NCBI GenBank assembly: GCA_013239625.1
Contig: MU054187.1
Coordinates: 9,319,231 to 9,383,230, forward strand
Direction: 5' to 3'
From: Lama guanicoe
Taxonomy: Eukaryota
Length of the DNA stretch: 64,000 nt
A model generated the notes under the pieces. It was given only the letters and a program-made list of their open reading frames with translations, had not been told where the DNA came from and searched no databases. Within the stretch, counting starts at the first letter, position 1. Each line of letters starts with the position of its first letter. This document shows positions 12,280 to 25,517 of this stretch, in pieces. A program made the position numbers and the translations under genes.

Positions 12280-12930
12280 GAAAACAGCAGGCCCAAATGC
12301 CTTCAGTGCCAAACATTTCAGGAAAAAATAACACCAATTGTGCACAGACTTCCATAAAATTGAAGAAGAGAGAGCATTGTCTAACTCATTCTATGAAGCC
12401 AGCATTCCCCTGATCCCCAAACCAAAGACATTACAAGAAAACTACAGACCAATGTCCTTCATGAACATATATGCAAAAAAATTTAAATAAAATTTAGACA
12501 ATTAAATCCAACAATATATCAAAAGGAAAATGCATCATGACCAAGTGGTTTTTTTCCCACGAATACAAGACTAATTCAGCATTCAAAAATCAATGTAATT
12601 CACCATAGTACTAAAGAAGAAAAACTACATGATTATTTCATTAGATGCAGAAAAAGCATTTGACAAAATTCAACATCCAGCCCTGATTTTTAAAACTGTC
12701 AGCAAACTTGCAAGGGAAAGGAAGGGAACTTCTCCAACCTGATAAAGGGTATCAGTGAAAAACACAAAGCTAACATTATACTTAATAGCATGAATGCTTT
12801 CCTCTTAACATCAGGAAAAAAGCAAGCTAGTCCATTCTGGGATCTCTAGCCAGTGAAATAAGGCAAGAAAAAGGAAGTAAAGGACCTCCAGATTGGAAAG
12901 ACAGAAGTAAAGCTATTTCTATTCACAGAT
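12280..12930 (+). mobile_element. Decayed LINE-1 ORF2 (reverse-transcriptase region) fragment
   Basis: CTCATTCTATGAAGCCAGCATT...ACTACAGACCAATGTCCTTCATGAACATA...GATGCAGAAAAAGCATTTGACAAAATTCAACATCC (DAEKAFDKIQH); no long ORF. Confidence 0.9.
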
Positions 12931-12934
12931 ATCT

Positions 12935-13112
12935 CATTATTCAAAATATTGATTATTTGTTGAAATGATAATAATTTTATGTTTGGGGGGTTAAATAAAC
13001 TATATTAATAAAATTAATTTCATTGGTTTCTCTCTTTTAATGTGGCTACTAGAAATTTAAAATCTTATATATTGTTCATATTTGACGTTCACATTTTATT
13101 TCTATTGGACAG
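12935..13112. mobile_element. hAT-Charlie non-autonomous fragment (MER3/MER33-like)
   Basis: TTTTAATGTGGCTACTAGAAATTTAAAAT...TTTCTATTGGACAG matches the recalled MER3/MER33 end. Confidence 0.65.
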
Positions 13113-16009
13113 TTAAGTCAGAGAGGTAGGTAGGGGCCAAATCATGTCAGGCCTTAGGGATCACAGTGAGGATTAATGTCTTTATCCTAGAGGTAATATG
13201 ACCATTAATGGGATTTAAATAGAGAGTGACACATGAGAAACAGATTGCACAAGGCAAGAGTGAATTCAGAGAAATCATTTAGCAGTCTAGAGTGGAAGGG
13301 AGGTAAGGCTAGATTGCATGTGCTGAGGGTGGAGCCAAGCCTCCTTGACCTTGGAACCAAGGTAAGGAGTTCAGTCATGGCCATTGCAGATGAGGAGAGG
13401 AAGGTGGTTCTTATCCATCAACTTGGGTCTTCTTCCTGTGGATTCTTGCTAGTTTCCTGTGTAGCTTCCGGGGGCAGTTCTGAGACAAAAGGAAAGGCAG
13501 AGAGCAAGAAGGAGCAGAGAGAATAAAAGAGAGGAGAGGACAGGGCTCAACTCTACATCAAATAACTCAATTTTGGATTCTCAGTGTCAAAATTTATGCT
13601 ATTTCAAAATGGTTTTTCTACAAATACTGCTAAGTTAGGTAATGAACCCCACTCACAGATAAAAGAACTGAAATCCAGCTGGGCGAGGTCACTTGCCTAA
13701 GATTAGCAAGCGAGGTGGACACAGGTGCTGGACAGGCCTGTGTCCTGACTCACTGTGCTTCACCGTGGTTGCTCAGACTCAGGTCATCTGAGTCACCTCT
13801 GTGGACGCTATTTTCGTAGGCACCCAGAGTCCATTTCCTCCTCTCCTTCCCCACTGCCATCACCCAGTGCCAGGGTGTCGTGACCTTTCACCTAGGCTCT
13901 TGGCAGCAATCTCCCATCTGGTCTCTAGCCAGGTCACCTTCACTCCAATCTATCCCAGCCACCTGTGGGAGATGAATCTAACCAATGCGCAGCTCTCAGG
14001 GAAATGTCCCTGTGAGAAACCTTCAACGACTTCCTGTTGCCTAATTTATTAAGTGTTAAAAACTCTTCAGGCTGGTATTCATGGCCTGCCAATGTGCCAG
14101 CAGTGTGCTCCACGCTCCAGCCCACAGCACCGCGCGCTCTGAGCATTCCCTGCACTCCTGCACCTCACTGTCTGCTTCTGTGCCTTGTCTCAGAGGGCCT
14201 CACCTGCGCCCCACCTAACTACACACCCAAGCTCCTTAGCAGGCCACTTCAAGTGCCACCGCAGCCAACAGCCCCCCTGCGTCCTCCAACTCTGAACTCC
14301 ACAGTTCTCTACCGAGTTTTTTTTCCTAATGTGCTGCTGCATATGCATATTTTAGCTCTACTATTGATCAGACTGAGCTCCTTAAGGACAATGACCTATG
14401 TCTTGTCTTGTTCATTTTTCAATCCCCAGAGCCGAGCACAGTGGAGACATATGATAAACACTTAACAAATATTTTTCGAAAGAATGAATCCCTCTAAAAA
14501 GGACATGACAGGCTACAATGTATATTATTAAAGTGCTTTTCCCTAGGTTGCAAGGTCTTTTACAGTAGGGACTTAAACATTTTTCTTATAAAATAGCTCT
14601 CATATTGTGCTAAGACCTCCATAGCCCACGTAATAATAAACACAATTAACTGCCTAGAGTAGGTGAACTGAGTTAACAGTAAAAAAAAATGTTGCCAATT
14701 CCCTTCCTCACTGTAGTTGCTAAATAGATATTGAAAGGAGTAACAAAATCCTCCAAAGATGTCTGAAATGTTTGTGAATACATACAACTTATTATTAGCT
14801 AATAGAGCTTATTAGATTCTCAATAAGCTCTCAGCGCACACAGCCCTAAGGGCACCCACAACCAGTCACAAGGACCTACTCTTCACTGGTAATTAAGATA
14901 TGTTAACAAAATGTGTTCATTGTATGGGGTCTTTAAAAACAAGGAGAACTAAAGCTGGCAAATTCATCACATAAAAAATAGACACGTATTTCTTTTTCAT
15001 TTTTGATCTGATTTTAAATATTTGAATAAGACATACAGACGAAACATTTGTATCACAAAATCCTGGCGAATGCTAGAATTGAAATTTTTGATTCAAGAGC
15101 AGACCAAGAATATCAGAAATGACCAGGGAAACTATCATTTAAAAAACCAACTTGGTAAGTGAGGCAAAGGCAAAGGGGTGTAGGTATTCTAGACCAGAAC
15201 AAAACCCAGGCATGGAAGCAGGATTCCATTTTCCGTTCCCTTGGCAACGGCACTGATATCTATCCCCCACTACACAGCAAAATGAAATAACGAGTCTGCT
15301 ACCCCACGGGCCAGTTTCTACCTCATTACTGATTGTTGGTGCAAACTAAATTTAAATTTTTAAAGATCGTTGAATTTTCTTCATGTTTTAGGTGTGGGGT
15401 GGACCCGGTGGTGGGATACAAGATGGAAGAGAATTAAGAAAAAGGAAGAGAAATGTGGAAAAGAACCCACTAGCGTTTGATTATACAACTTTTTTTTCCT
15501 AATTGGATCATCAACTGGTGTTTGGATATTTTTTTTTAATTTTGTGGACATTTTTATGGTAAAAAGATTTGAAATCAGTTTTTAAGTGGGAACTTTCCCC
15601 ATTTCACAACCCTCACAAAGGTGAAATCTTTATCACTAAGCAAGTCTTTTTGATGATGACCCTTGTGAATCCTGCATAAAGATATTTAAGACATGTTTTG
15701 TTTGTTTTCACCTAAGACAGTGTGATCGTGCTACTTTTGGTGCCTTGCTTCCTAAGTTTTCAAGACAGAAATGGCATTCGTTATAGTGAGGCTCTTGGAC
15801 TACATTCTCCCGGGTGCTGGAGAAGCCAGGTCCTTACTGAGTGGCTCGCAGAGGGCACAGCTCAGTGACTCGGCACGAACATTTCCATTTGTTGTTGACA
15901 ACTGTCAGCTTCACCTCCCTCTCTTTACAACCCCATCTAAATGGGGTTCGTAATCCTCTTTCCCACCCACTCTCTTCGCTCCCGGGGGGCAGGAATGTTG
16001 GCCCCTGTT

Positions 16010-16100
16010 CTCTGTCACCTGTCAGAGTCCATCCTTCTGTCACTGGCTTATATGGACAAGTCAGCCTGCTGCCACGTGACCCTCAGCTGCTAAAAACAGC
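16010..16100 (+). promoter_or_regulatory. TRIM55 proximal promoter, muscle-type motifs
   Basis: Near-CArG GCTTATATGG at 16046-16055; E-boxes CACCTG 16016-16021, CACGTG 16073-16078 and CAGCTG 16084-16089; MEF2-like CTAAAAACAG; 160-250 bp before the ATG. Confidence 0.5.
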
Positions 16101-16260
16101 TCCAGCACCACTCTGAACCTGGGCCTGAAACAATGTCCTCCACCGAAAGAAACGTAAAGGACACTTGATCACACAATCCTTGGAATTATTTCCAGGAATC
16201 ACTTGCAGAAACCACTCGGAGCACCCTTTCCCTGGCAGTGCACACGGGGACGGCCAGGAG

Positions 16261-16428
16261 ATGAGTGCATCTTTGAATTACAAGTCTTTTTCCAAAGAGC
16301 AGCAGACCATGGATAACTTGGAGAAGCAACTCATCTGTCCCATCTGCTTAGAGATGTTCACAAAACCCGTGGTCATTCTCCCCTGCCAGCATAACCTCTG
16401 TAGGAAATGCGCCAGTGACATTTTCCAG
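16261..16428 (+). CDS. TRIM55: TRIM55 (MuRF2) coding exon 1: start and first part of RING finger
   Basis: [56 protein letters not shown]; 168 nt; donor CAG|GTAGGT. Confidence 0.97.
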
Positions 16429-16957
16429 GTAGGTCTGTTTGGAATATAGGGTGGGAAAAGATCCCCTCCTCTCTGAATCAAGTGCTTAACTTTGAGGTGA
16501 ATTCCTTTAGAAAGCTTTATAAGGTTGCCTTTGTTTAAACAAAATTTTTTTAAGTGATTTACTTTGTGATTTGCTGTCAGCCTCCTCCTTACCCTCAAAT
16601 CGAATTTTATTTCAAAACTAAGAATCATATTTGTTTTTTAAAAAATTGAATCTGTTTCAAAACTGTAAATGAATTACTGTTGAAGACATTAATGGTGGGA
16701 GCTTCTGGCTGGAACTTTTGGTAAGGAAAACACTGGGTGGAAAAGCACTGATACTGAACATGGCACGTTGCAACTGACCGTGGGTAAGTGCTGGCCCTGT
16801 GTTTTAGGACCAGTTGCTGATAAGGCCCTAAGGGATTATCTCACGACAAGCTGAAAGGAGGAGTTCGTGTCGTTTGTAGTAACAGAGAACGAAAGGAAGT
16901 CTCAAAAAGGCTAGCTGTGCATGACTCAACTCCTCTTTCCTTGCTTGGCAAGAACAG

Positions 16958-17130
16958 GCCTCTAACCCGTACTTGCCCACGAGAGGAGGCACCACTGTGG
17001 CCTCAGGGGGCCGATTCCGCTGCCCATCCTGTAGACATGAAGTGGTTTTGGACAGACACGGGATATACGGCCTTCAGAGGAATCTGCTGGTGGAAAACAT
17101 CATTGACATCTACAAGCAGGAGTCCAGCAG
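16958..17130 (+). CDS. TRIM55: TRIM55 exon 2: RING end and MuRF-family conserved box
   Basis: aacag|GCCTCTAAC...; [57 protein letters not shown]; 173 nt; donor CAG|GTATGG. Confidence 0.97.
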
Positions 17131-20100
17131 GTATGGTCCTGCCGTGTGTCACACACATTTGAAGCTTGTTTTCACTTGTTTGTTTGTTCTAGTGGGTCGC
17201 TATACTGAATGCTGGTTTACTAATCACGGGCTAATTGTTTTATAGGAGAATGTTTTTCCAAGTCAGTCCTTCCCAATGGGAGTGAGAGTTGCTCTTGGGA
17301 GGAGAGAAAGAAGCTGGTGTCCATGCTTTTGTATTAATTTAAGAATGAAGTAACTCATTAACACTAATCCAGTCCAGATGGCGATACTGAAAGAGGGGTA
17401 ATGCTCCCCCCACCCAGCCTTGTGTTACATCCGTTGTAGACGTTTCTGCACTTCAGAGGTCCTTTGTAGATCCAGACTGCACGCAGCAGGAAAACTACAG
17501 TGCAGAACTTTACAGAAAATTAACAGAAATGGCATCTCCCGAAATAGCCCAATTCTTAGTGCAGAGAGTCTCACTCTAAATTTTCTAGATGATAATAATA
17601 AAAACAAAATCCTCTAACATAGTCAAGGTATTGACCCCGGAAAATAGCATAGCCCAGGCCATTAGCCACTTAAAGTTTAGACACATGGGAGGAAAAAAGA
17701 AAAAGATGGCGCTGAGGTTATGTTTCCCTGTTCTCTAGCTTGTGTTTACTGTGTACTCTTGGTATTCACCTGCTGGTTGACATGCAGTATACACAGCAGT
17801 CATTAAAAAAAGAAGAAGGCTTCTTACTCATTGAATCACATTGGTATAGAATTCCTTTCCTAGAGACAGCACTGCAGGAGTTCATTCCTAGAAGGCGTGG
17901 TATGAAGGGCGCTTTTTCAACTGTACACAAGTCAGTCCAGTCCACAACGCTTGACACCAATATTGAGACCATCTAGAACTGACCTCACTGTGCTTCCTAT
18001 TAGGAGCACACGGATTGATGGAACATCTGCAGGGCTCAGAGAGCCTTGTGCTCTTAGAAGGAAAGCTGTTCTAAAAACCTAGCATACAATTATTATAATC
18101 GCATGGCTATTCATTTCTGCTTAAGATTCAAAACCAAATTAGATAATGCCAGAATATAGACGGCACTGGGGTGGTGGAACTGCTGAGGATGTATTGCAGA
18201 GATATGGAATCGGCTCTCTCCCTTGCTTCCGACGTCTCTTGAGAGGAAGGAAATTACCATTGTTGTGATTTAGGTCTGATCTCGTCGTGTTTCATTACTT
18301 TAAGATGCAAACAGATACACTGTCTCTTAACAAAATTAGCCAGTCAAATAATAACCAAACCATTATTACAGTTGTTTGCACAATAGCTGACTCAGCGCCT
18401 AGCGCAATGCCTTGCACAGAGCAGTTGCTCCCTCAGTGCCGGGTGATTAAGCGACACCATAAATCTTCTCACACCTTCTATTTATTGCAATAATTTTCTG
18501 TTTTGCTACTTGCCACCATGAGAGCTTGACTGGTGTGAAATAATCACGATAATTGTTGTACAATCCAGAGAAGAGGAGATGTTAAAATCTGCAGCATTGG
18601 TAAAGCAATGAGACATCCTGGCTTGAACTCTGAAGTCTGTGCAGCGCATCTGCCAAAAATAGTGCCCCCACGAGCAAATGGTAGCAATAAACCAAATGTC
18701 CAACAATGAAGCCCACAGCTGAGCAGACTACTGGTGTGTCTGTGACTATCAAAGGCTTCCTAGGCTGCTGTTTCTTGAACTTGAGACTTGCCTTTGGGAC
18801 ATTTTTACTTGGGAGCAGAACCACAGATTGCACAAAGGGCTCAGGCACACATTTGGACATAAAGCCAGCTGTTCCCTGGGGACCAGTAGCTTTACTAGCC
18901 CAGAACCTAAGCCCCAGGGTACATTAGGTGACTCTGGAATAACCTTGGAGATAGAGCGTGAGATGAACCCGCCTCTGGCCCACAGTCACGGGGAGGCGGG
19001 GGAGGGGGGGCGAGGAGGGAGGGGCTGGTCAACTTCGGCCTCCCACAGAATGGCTAGGGATTGTAGTCTCAACAAAACCCACCATGCTGACCTGGCCACA
19101 GTTTGGGGGTGGCGGTGGGGCGACAAGAGACGGAACTAACATCCCTAACATTAATCATGAACGTAATAATAATTAACCCTAAAATACAGTAAGTAAAACT
19201 AAGACGTGTTGAATATGCATCAGCCACTGTTCAGAGTGTAATTCTTTGATTGTTAAACAATCCCGCCAGGTTGTGATGATGATTATTGTCACCTTACTAA
19301 AATTTTTAAATATTTTACTCAAAGTAACTCATACGTATACATAATTTTAAACATTCCAATAGCACCCCAAGGCCTCTAGTGAGAGCTGCATTCCTGCCCA
19401 AGTCTCTCTTTGTCCCCAAGTCTTGCTCCCCAGAGTCAGCCACATTTAATTCTATCCGCTGTTCTTCTGCTGTTTCTCACCCAGTGACACGTGTGTGCTG
19501 CTAGGACACTTCCCTTCCCAGACTTCTCAGTCTCAGACATCATCTAGTGACTTCACCATGGCTGATTGGGACTGAGCCTTCACCGTCTACTTTACGTTTA
19601 CTCTGCCCTGGGTTAAATCCCGCATTCCCTGAATCCTACAGTGCCCTCTTTGTTGGTTTACACTACTGTTTTTGTGGAGTATATCCTCAAGTAACCCCGT
19701 AAAATGTGCAAAAAGCCTTCCTCTTCTCAGCCTCCCCACCTACCGCTCTCTGGGTGCCTGGCCTCTGCAGCCCCAGAGTCTTTACAGGGGAACCTGTAAC
19801 ACCCAAGCGGCTCACTTCCTGGCCACGTCTCCCCTGCGGGCTCTTAGCAGAACTAAGGTGCAGCTCAAGCAGGTCTCTCCCTTCATCCTGATGTTCCCAA
19901 TGTCCAGCGTCTAGTTGGCATCTCTCCTCTGCTGTCATCGCACTGATTTTTTTGTCCTTACTGATTTATACCTTTTTAGTCCCTTACTCTGCTTTTAGTG
20001 GGATTTCTGCAGGAGACAATTAAATAAATGTGTGTGTGCATTCTGTCATATTTCATTAAAGACCCCCCAGTCCAATTTACAGATATGAGTAAAAGCTGGG

Positions 20101-23100
20101 CCTGAAAGTTAACGAAACTTGCGTAAGGCCACAAAGCCAGCACATAGAGAAGCTGAGCTGGAATTAAGCTTTGAGATCAGTTTGACTATAAATGTCCTGC
20201 CTGAAATGCTTCATCAACACCAGATGCCCACCCTCTCGGACACTGAAGGATGGCCCCAGCAACCTCAGAGAGCTACAGACTCCCTGAGTCTAGCCTGCAC
20301 CAAACAGCTGGGGGCCATCGCCACATTTGGCACTGAGTCCTGAACCATAATGAGAGCTTGGCCACCCTCCCCTCATCAAGTCACCTTTACACCTTTATTC
20401 TACATGTCATGTTCGTCCCAAGTCTGTCATATGTTTTGTGGTGTCTGAAGGTTTTCATTATAAACCCATCTGTAAGTGGGGGATGCCTCTGGGCCTGTGT
20501 GGCCACCTGAACAAGAAACAACTAAGAAGGGACATTGGAGGTCGTCCTCAGTCTGTACTGCCTTATGCAAAACTAATCACAATCACAGGCTAAATGAAGA
20601 GCCTCAGGCTGTTTCCACATTTTCAGTGTTGCATACACTGCATACACCCGAGCGCTACGACACCACCTCTGGTCAGAGCTGCTGACCTCAGAGCAGCACG
20701 TGGAACGCAGGCCACCGTCAGGAAAAGCCTGGGGGAGGGGAGCCGCAGTAGCATCAGCTGTGCTATTCCCCAGGCACTGTGCTCCAGCCACGAGCGTGAC
20801 TTTTGTTACAAGGCGGAGGTACACGGGAGGGAAGGTTTTAGAGGTGGAGAAGCCTTTGACCAAAGGAAAACTGAGTCGCCACTCCTAGTCTCTAGAGAAC
20901 CCCCCACCCCCGGGGGCTCTGTCATTTATAAACGGAGTCTTCAGGATGTTACCTGGTCTCTTCCTTTGCCACTCAGGAGAGCCAGGTCACCAAGCTTTCC
21001 CCAGAGTTCACAGGCCGTCTCCAGATGAGCAATTTTATGTTAGAGTGCAGCAAATACTGTCCACTAATCTGGCAAATTCCTTCTCATGTCTCACGCATTT
21101 ATTCAACAAATATTTACCGAGCACCCGCTCTATGGAAGGCATTGTTCTGGGCACTGGGGATCTAGCACAATATAGACAGACCACAGCCTAGCCCCTAACC
21201 TCATGGAGTTCACATTACGGAGGTGGAAACAGGCAGACCCGGGACAGGGGATAACTTTCTCAGGGGAGTTTACTTTCCTCGTTGACTTCCAAGCAAATGG
21301 CAGAAGTCAGTCAGGAGGTCACAGGCTTCACGGAAAACATACCGCTACAAGACCAGGTGAAAAAAACCCTTCTACCAAAATCGGATTCTGAAATCTTGAA
21401 GCTCAAAGTCCATGTAATTTCCCTACCAGACCCAGGGCTTCTCCCAATGGTTAGCCCAGCCTCAAGCACCTGACGTCTACCTGGTGACTTACACACGTAA
21501 CTCAGCACATTCTCTGTCCTTCTCTGAGTTCTGGGGCTGCGACTACATAATACTACACATCTCATCAATATTAATGCTGTTCAAGCATTTTTATTCATGG
21601 AACAGGAAATGTGTTCTACATTGTGATCCAGCGGCCATTACATACGTGGATGGCTATAGCTCCATAGACAAAATGAACTATATACGTTCATTTCAGGTGT
21701 ACATAGATATTTGTAAACACACATACGCACATACATACATATATGTACACCTGAAACAAAAGTTTCGCATATCAGTACTTATTCTTACCACACAGAGTTC
21801 ACAGTATTTGCTATTCTATCTTTAACAGTGCTGATCATGACCCCCTAAATCGATCTCATGGCCCATAATAATTGTTCTGTGCTCCATAAAAACCTGCAGT
21901 TTTTAAGAAGTGGATCTTGATAACGACTAAAAAAATTCGGTTCCTAATCTGAGATGCTTCTAAATAACCATGTGTTTGGGAACATGAGGAAAGCTTTCGG
22001 ATTTGTTTTTAAACTTTTCAAACTCTTCTGGAAACTATTAACAGCCTCAGTCTCTGTAGACAGGACGTATCAAAATTCCAGATTTCATCCAAGTAGGCTA
22101 CACCCACACCTCTGACCATGGTCTCCAGCGGGAGCCCAAAGCACCACAAGGCGGCATAATTTTAATCTTGATCGTATCCCCTGAGCTGCGTTGATGATGA
22201 GGGGAATATACTCAGCCCCACCACGTGATGTGAACCCAGGCTGCTCCAGGTGACCTCACAGTTAACAGGTTATCCTTAAGCAGCAGGGACTTGGCACTGC
22301 CTCTCTCATGCTTTCACGTCTCCATTGCTTGGTCGTGGTCTCACTAGGACGTACAAACCCAGTGTTCCATTATTACCTGGGCGTCTCTGAAAAGTTTTGG
22401 TTGGTGCTGACCCATTGGCAAAATTGAAACTTGGGGATTATTGAGATTTGAACTTCCAAGGTACCACCATGTCCCAGACAGCATTTTACATTTTTCTTAC
22501 TGCCGAAGTATTCAGTATAATTGTTCCCCTTCACTGAGAACACACAGCCCACTCTTAACCACTGCTGAGTCCTCAGGAAGTTATTTGCATTTGTTTTCTG
22601 TGCTAGCGGCAGGCGGAGACCCAAACAAATTAATAAAGCACTTGCTGACATTTTCCCTCTTACACACAACTACTTGCAATGAGCGCGGAGATTCATAATC
22701 CAAGATATGGTCTCCCCAGCCCACCTCCACTCTCACTCCTTTTGCTGGGGCCAGAGGTTGCAGGGGTGGGGCACGGGGCCTCCCCAAAGCCTGTGCAAAC
22801 TTGAGATTTAGTTTATCAGCAACCTCCTCTTCTTTACCCATGATTGTAAAGTATCTGTTGAGAGACCTGTGAGCATGTGGAGACGGTGCTGAAGCATGCT
22901 CCTGACAAAGGAATCCAGTGTTCAACTTTCAGGAGACACACTAGCCACTTTTCAAGCCTTGAAATTGGCCATGTTGGCAATACTCACACCACAAAGACTG
23001 GCAAATGCCTCAGGTCAGCATCTCCGAGTCCCTATCCCCAGGCTGGCTGTTATTTGTCAGGACACTGCTGCTGAGCCCATAGAGAATTTGGAGGGCTCTG

Positions 23101-23253
23101 AGCACTTGAAAGGGACCCCGGAAGTCTCACGGCGCAGGGTTGCTGGGGGAGCACAAGGGATGGGGGGGGTCTGCAATGCTGACCACCCGCTCAGCCACCC
23201 GACTCAGCTCTGCCACAGCAGGAGGTGACACTTACCTGCCTACCTCCTCCCAG

Positions 23254-23419
23254 ACCAGAAAAGAAGTCGGACCAGCCCATGTGTGAGGAGCATGAGGACG
23301 AGCGCATCAACATCTACTGTCTGAACTGCGAAGTGCCCACCTGCTCCCTGTGCAAGGTCTTCGGGGCACACAAGGATTGCCAGGTGGCTCCCCTCACTCA
23401 CGTATTCCAGAGGCAGAAG
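23254..23419 (+). CDS. TRIM55: TRIM55 exon 3: B-box 2
   Basis: cccag|ACCAGAA; [55 protein letters not shown]; 166 nt; donor AAG|GTAACA. Confidence 0.97.
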
Positions 23420-25421
23420 GTAACAGAGGCCCTGATCCAAACCCCTTCCAAGCGCCTGTGTGACTGCCTCGCTGCCCTGAAGGAGGGGCGCCCACTGCGT
23501 AGGCCCTCGGGCCCTGAGGCTGGGTGGGGCACAGAGGTGGAGCAGCAAAGGATGCTGGGTGCCCGGCAGCCTAGCCTGCAGGGCTCTCTAGGGGCAGGTG
23601 GGGCAGGCCAGGGAGGGGAGGGGGCGGAGGGTCAGGGAGAGGTGTGGAGGGGAGGGGTCGCTGTTTGGGGGCCCTTTGGAAGTTAGTGAAGATGAGCATT
23701 GTTAGGGGACCAGGTCCAAGCTCAGGCTGCTCAGACATTACTTGAGGTTCAGACGATAGGTAATAAAAAAATAACTTTTTACTCCAGTCTCAGAATAGTT
23801 TTCTTCATTCACCAACCAAAGATTTCTTTTGCCCGCCTCGAGGCCTTTTCTCCTCCACTCCTAAGTGGCTAGAGTTAACAATGAATGGCATTTCATTAAA
23901 GAACAATTTTAAAACATTGCCTTGGGCCGGCCCTCACACCTGGGTTAAACTGGCCTCCTGGCCGTTCAACCCAGGCCAGGGCTGAAAGTCCTCCTGTGAG
24001 GCTGGCACGTGCCCCCACCATCCACCCTCAGACCCAGCCCCCTCATTCTGTTCAAATACAGGGTGTCCCAGCTCATCACTGAACTGCCAACCTGGTCTCA
24101 CCCAGGGGTGAGGAGGAACTTATCCATTTGATGCAAATAAACGTGAGATTGTGTGCTCACATAGATGCCACCGGTCCTGTGCTCCACGTCTCAGCTTCTT
24201 TCTGTTAGAGTCATAGGTTCTCTGCATTTGGTTTTACTGATCAAATTCAGAGCTGGCATCAAATTTAGAAGCCAAACTTTTGTGCAACACCAGTTACAAC
24301 CAGTGAGCACTAAAGAAGCAGGATTTAGCAAGACATCAATAACATTTATTTCCCAATCCTCGTGTGATTTATTCCCTCTTTCCTTTCACCTGCCCTGCAA
24401 GTCACAGCCTGTTAGAACTGAATAGTAAGTATCTGTCTTACACCGTTCTCCTCAGAGCCCTGAGACTCACATGGGGCAGACAGAGGACAGACTGGCAGGT
24501 GGACATCCACCTTGCTCCTGTTTGGCCAAAGCAGCTCCAGTTTCACCTACTGGAATTATATATCAGCTCCCCTTTGAAGAAAGGGTTCTGCAGCTTTAAA
24601 ATGTTTTCCAACCACTGTTCTGATCCAGTCTTCTCACTTTATATATGAGAAAATTAGGGTCCAAATTGATTACATGCTTTGCCCAACATCATAGAGCAGT
24701 TGAAGGCAGAGCTCAAGCATGTAGGTCTCCTGAGTTCCATTCGCTCAGCGTCCCCGGCGCTCCACAGGCCAGCCTTGGGAGGGCGATCGGTACAAACAGT
24801 GGAATCTCTCCAGGTCAGAGGAGTCTGAGAGGAATTTCAAGTTGAAATCTTTTCCCCAGATTGAGTTGAATGTTATAGTTTCAAGTTTGCAATGACTTAG
24901 TCTAGTACGTGAGTATTTGTTTGGACCTACCACTTAGAACGGTACATAATAGGTATTTGTTGCATAAAGTACATAAATGAGTATTTACTATGTGTGTTTC
25001 CCTGGTAAAACTGATCCTGAGCTGCACGAGGCAAATAATTCATTTTGGGTCCTTGATGTCACATATGGACTCTATTCAATTTATAAACAATACTGAGAAT
25101 TCTTGACCTTGAATGTGCTATTCTCTGTCTATGGCCTATAATTCGGTGTTATTAATGTTTTTAGCAGGGTAGCAGTCTCTGTTAAGAATTTGATGAAAAC
25201 TATGAAACCTCTTCTCAGACAAGTGCATTTACATACACATCCATCCAGAATTTTATTTACAAGGTCAGGAGGTTCTCAGGCCTCCCAAGCCTTGCTGTTC
25301 CTCCTTAAGGGGTTCCGTGGAGCTTCGATAAAGAGCCCGTGAGGACAATACTGAGATTAGCCCACAGTCAGTGCTGACCAGGAAGCCCCTAAGATAGGGC
25401 CCCCTCTTTTCTCTCCATCAG

Positions 25422-25517
25422 TCTGAACTCAGTGATGGCATTGCCGTCCTCGTGGGAAGCAACGATCGGGTCCAGGGGCTGATCAGCCAGCTGGAGGACA
25501 CCTGTAAAACCATTGAG
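25422..25517 (+). CDS. TRIM55: TRIM55 exon 4: coiled coil (missed by the ORF track)
   Basis: catcag|TCTGAACTC; SELSDGIAVLVGSNDRVQGLISQLEDTCKTIE; 96 nt; donor GAG|GTAAGT. Confidence 0.96.

Noticed and set aside
16165-16260. In-frame upstream extension of TRIM55 from TTG
   Set aside because: Non-ATG start from a prokaryote-style ORF caller; the known protein starts MSASLNY at 16261.
18985-19030. G-rich tracts (also 23590-23670) as G-quadruplexes
   Set aside because: Common in mammalian introns; nothing specific supports a function.
22185-22265. ATGATGA as a possible C/D snoRNA box C
   Set aside because: No properly spaced CTGA box D or terminal stem.
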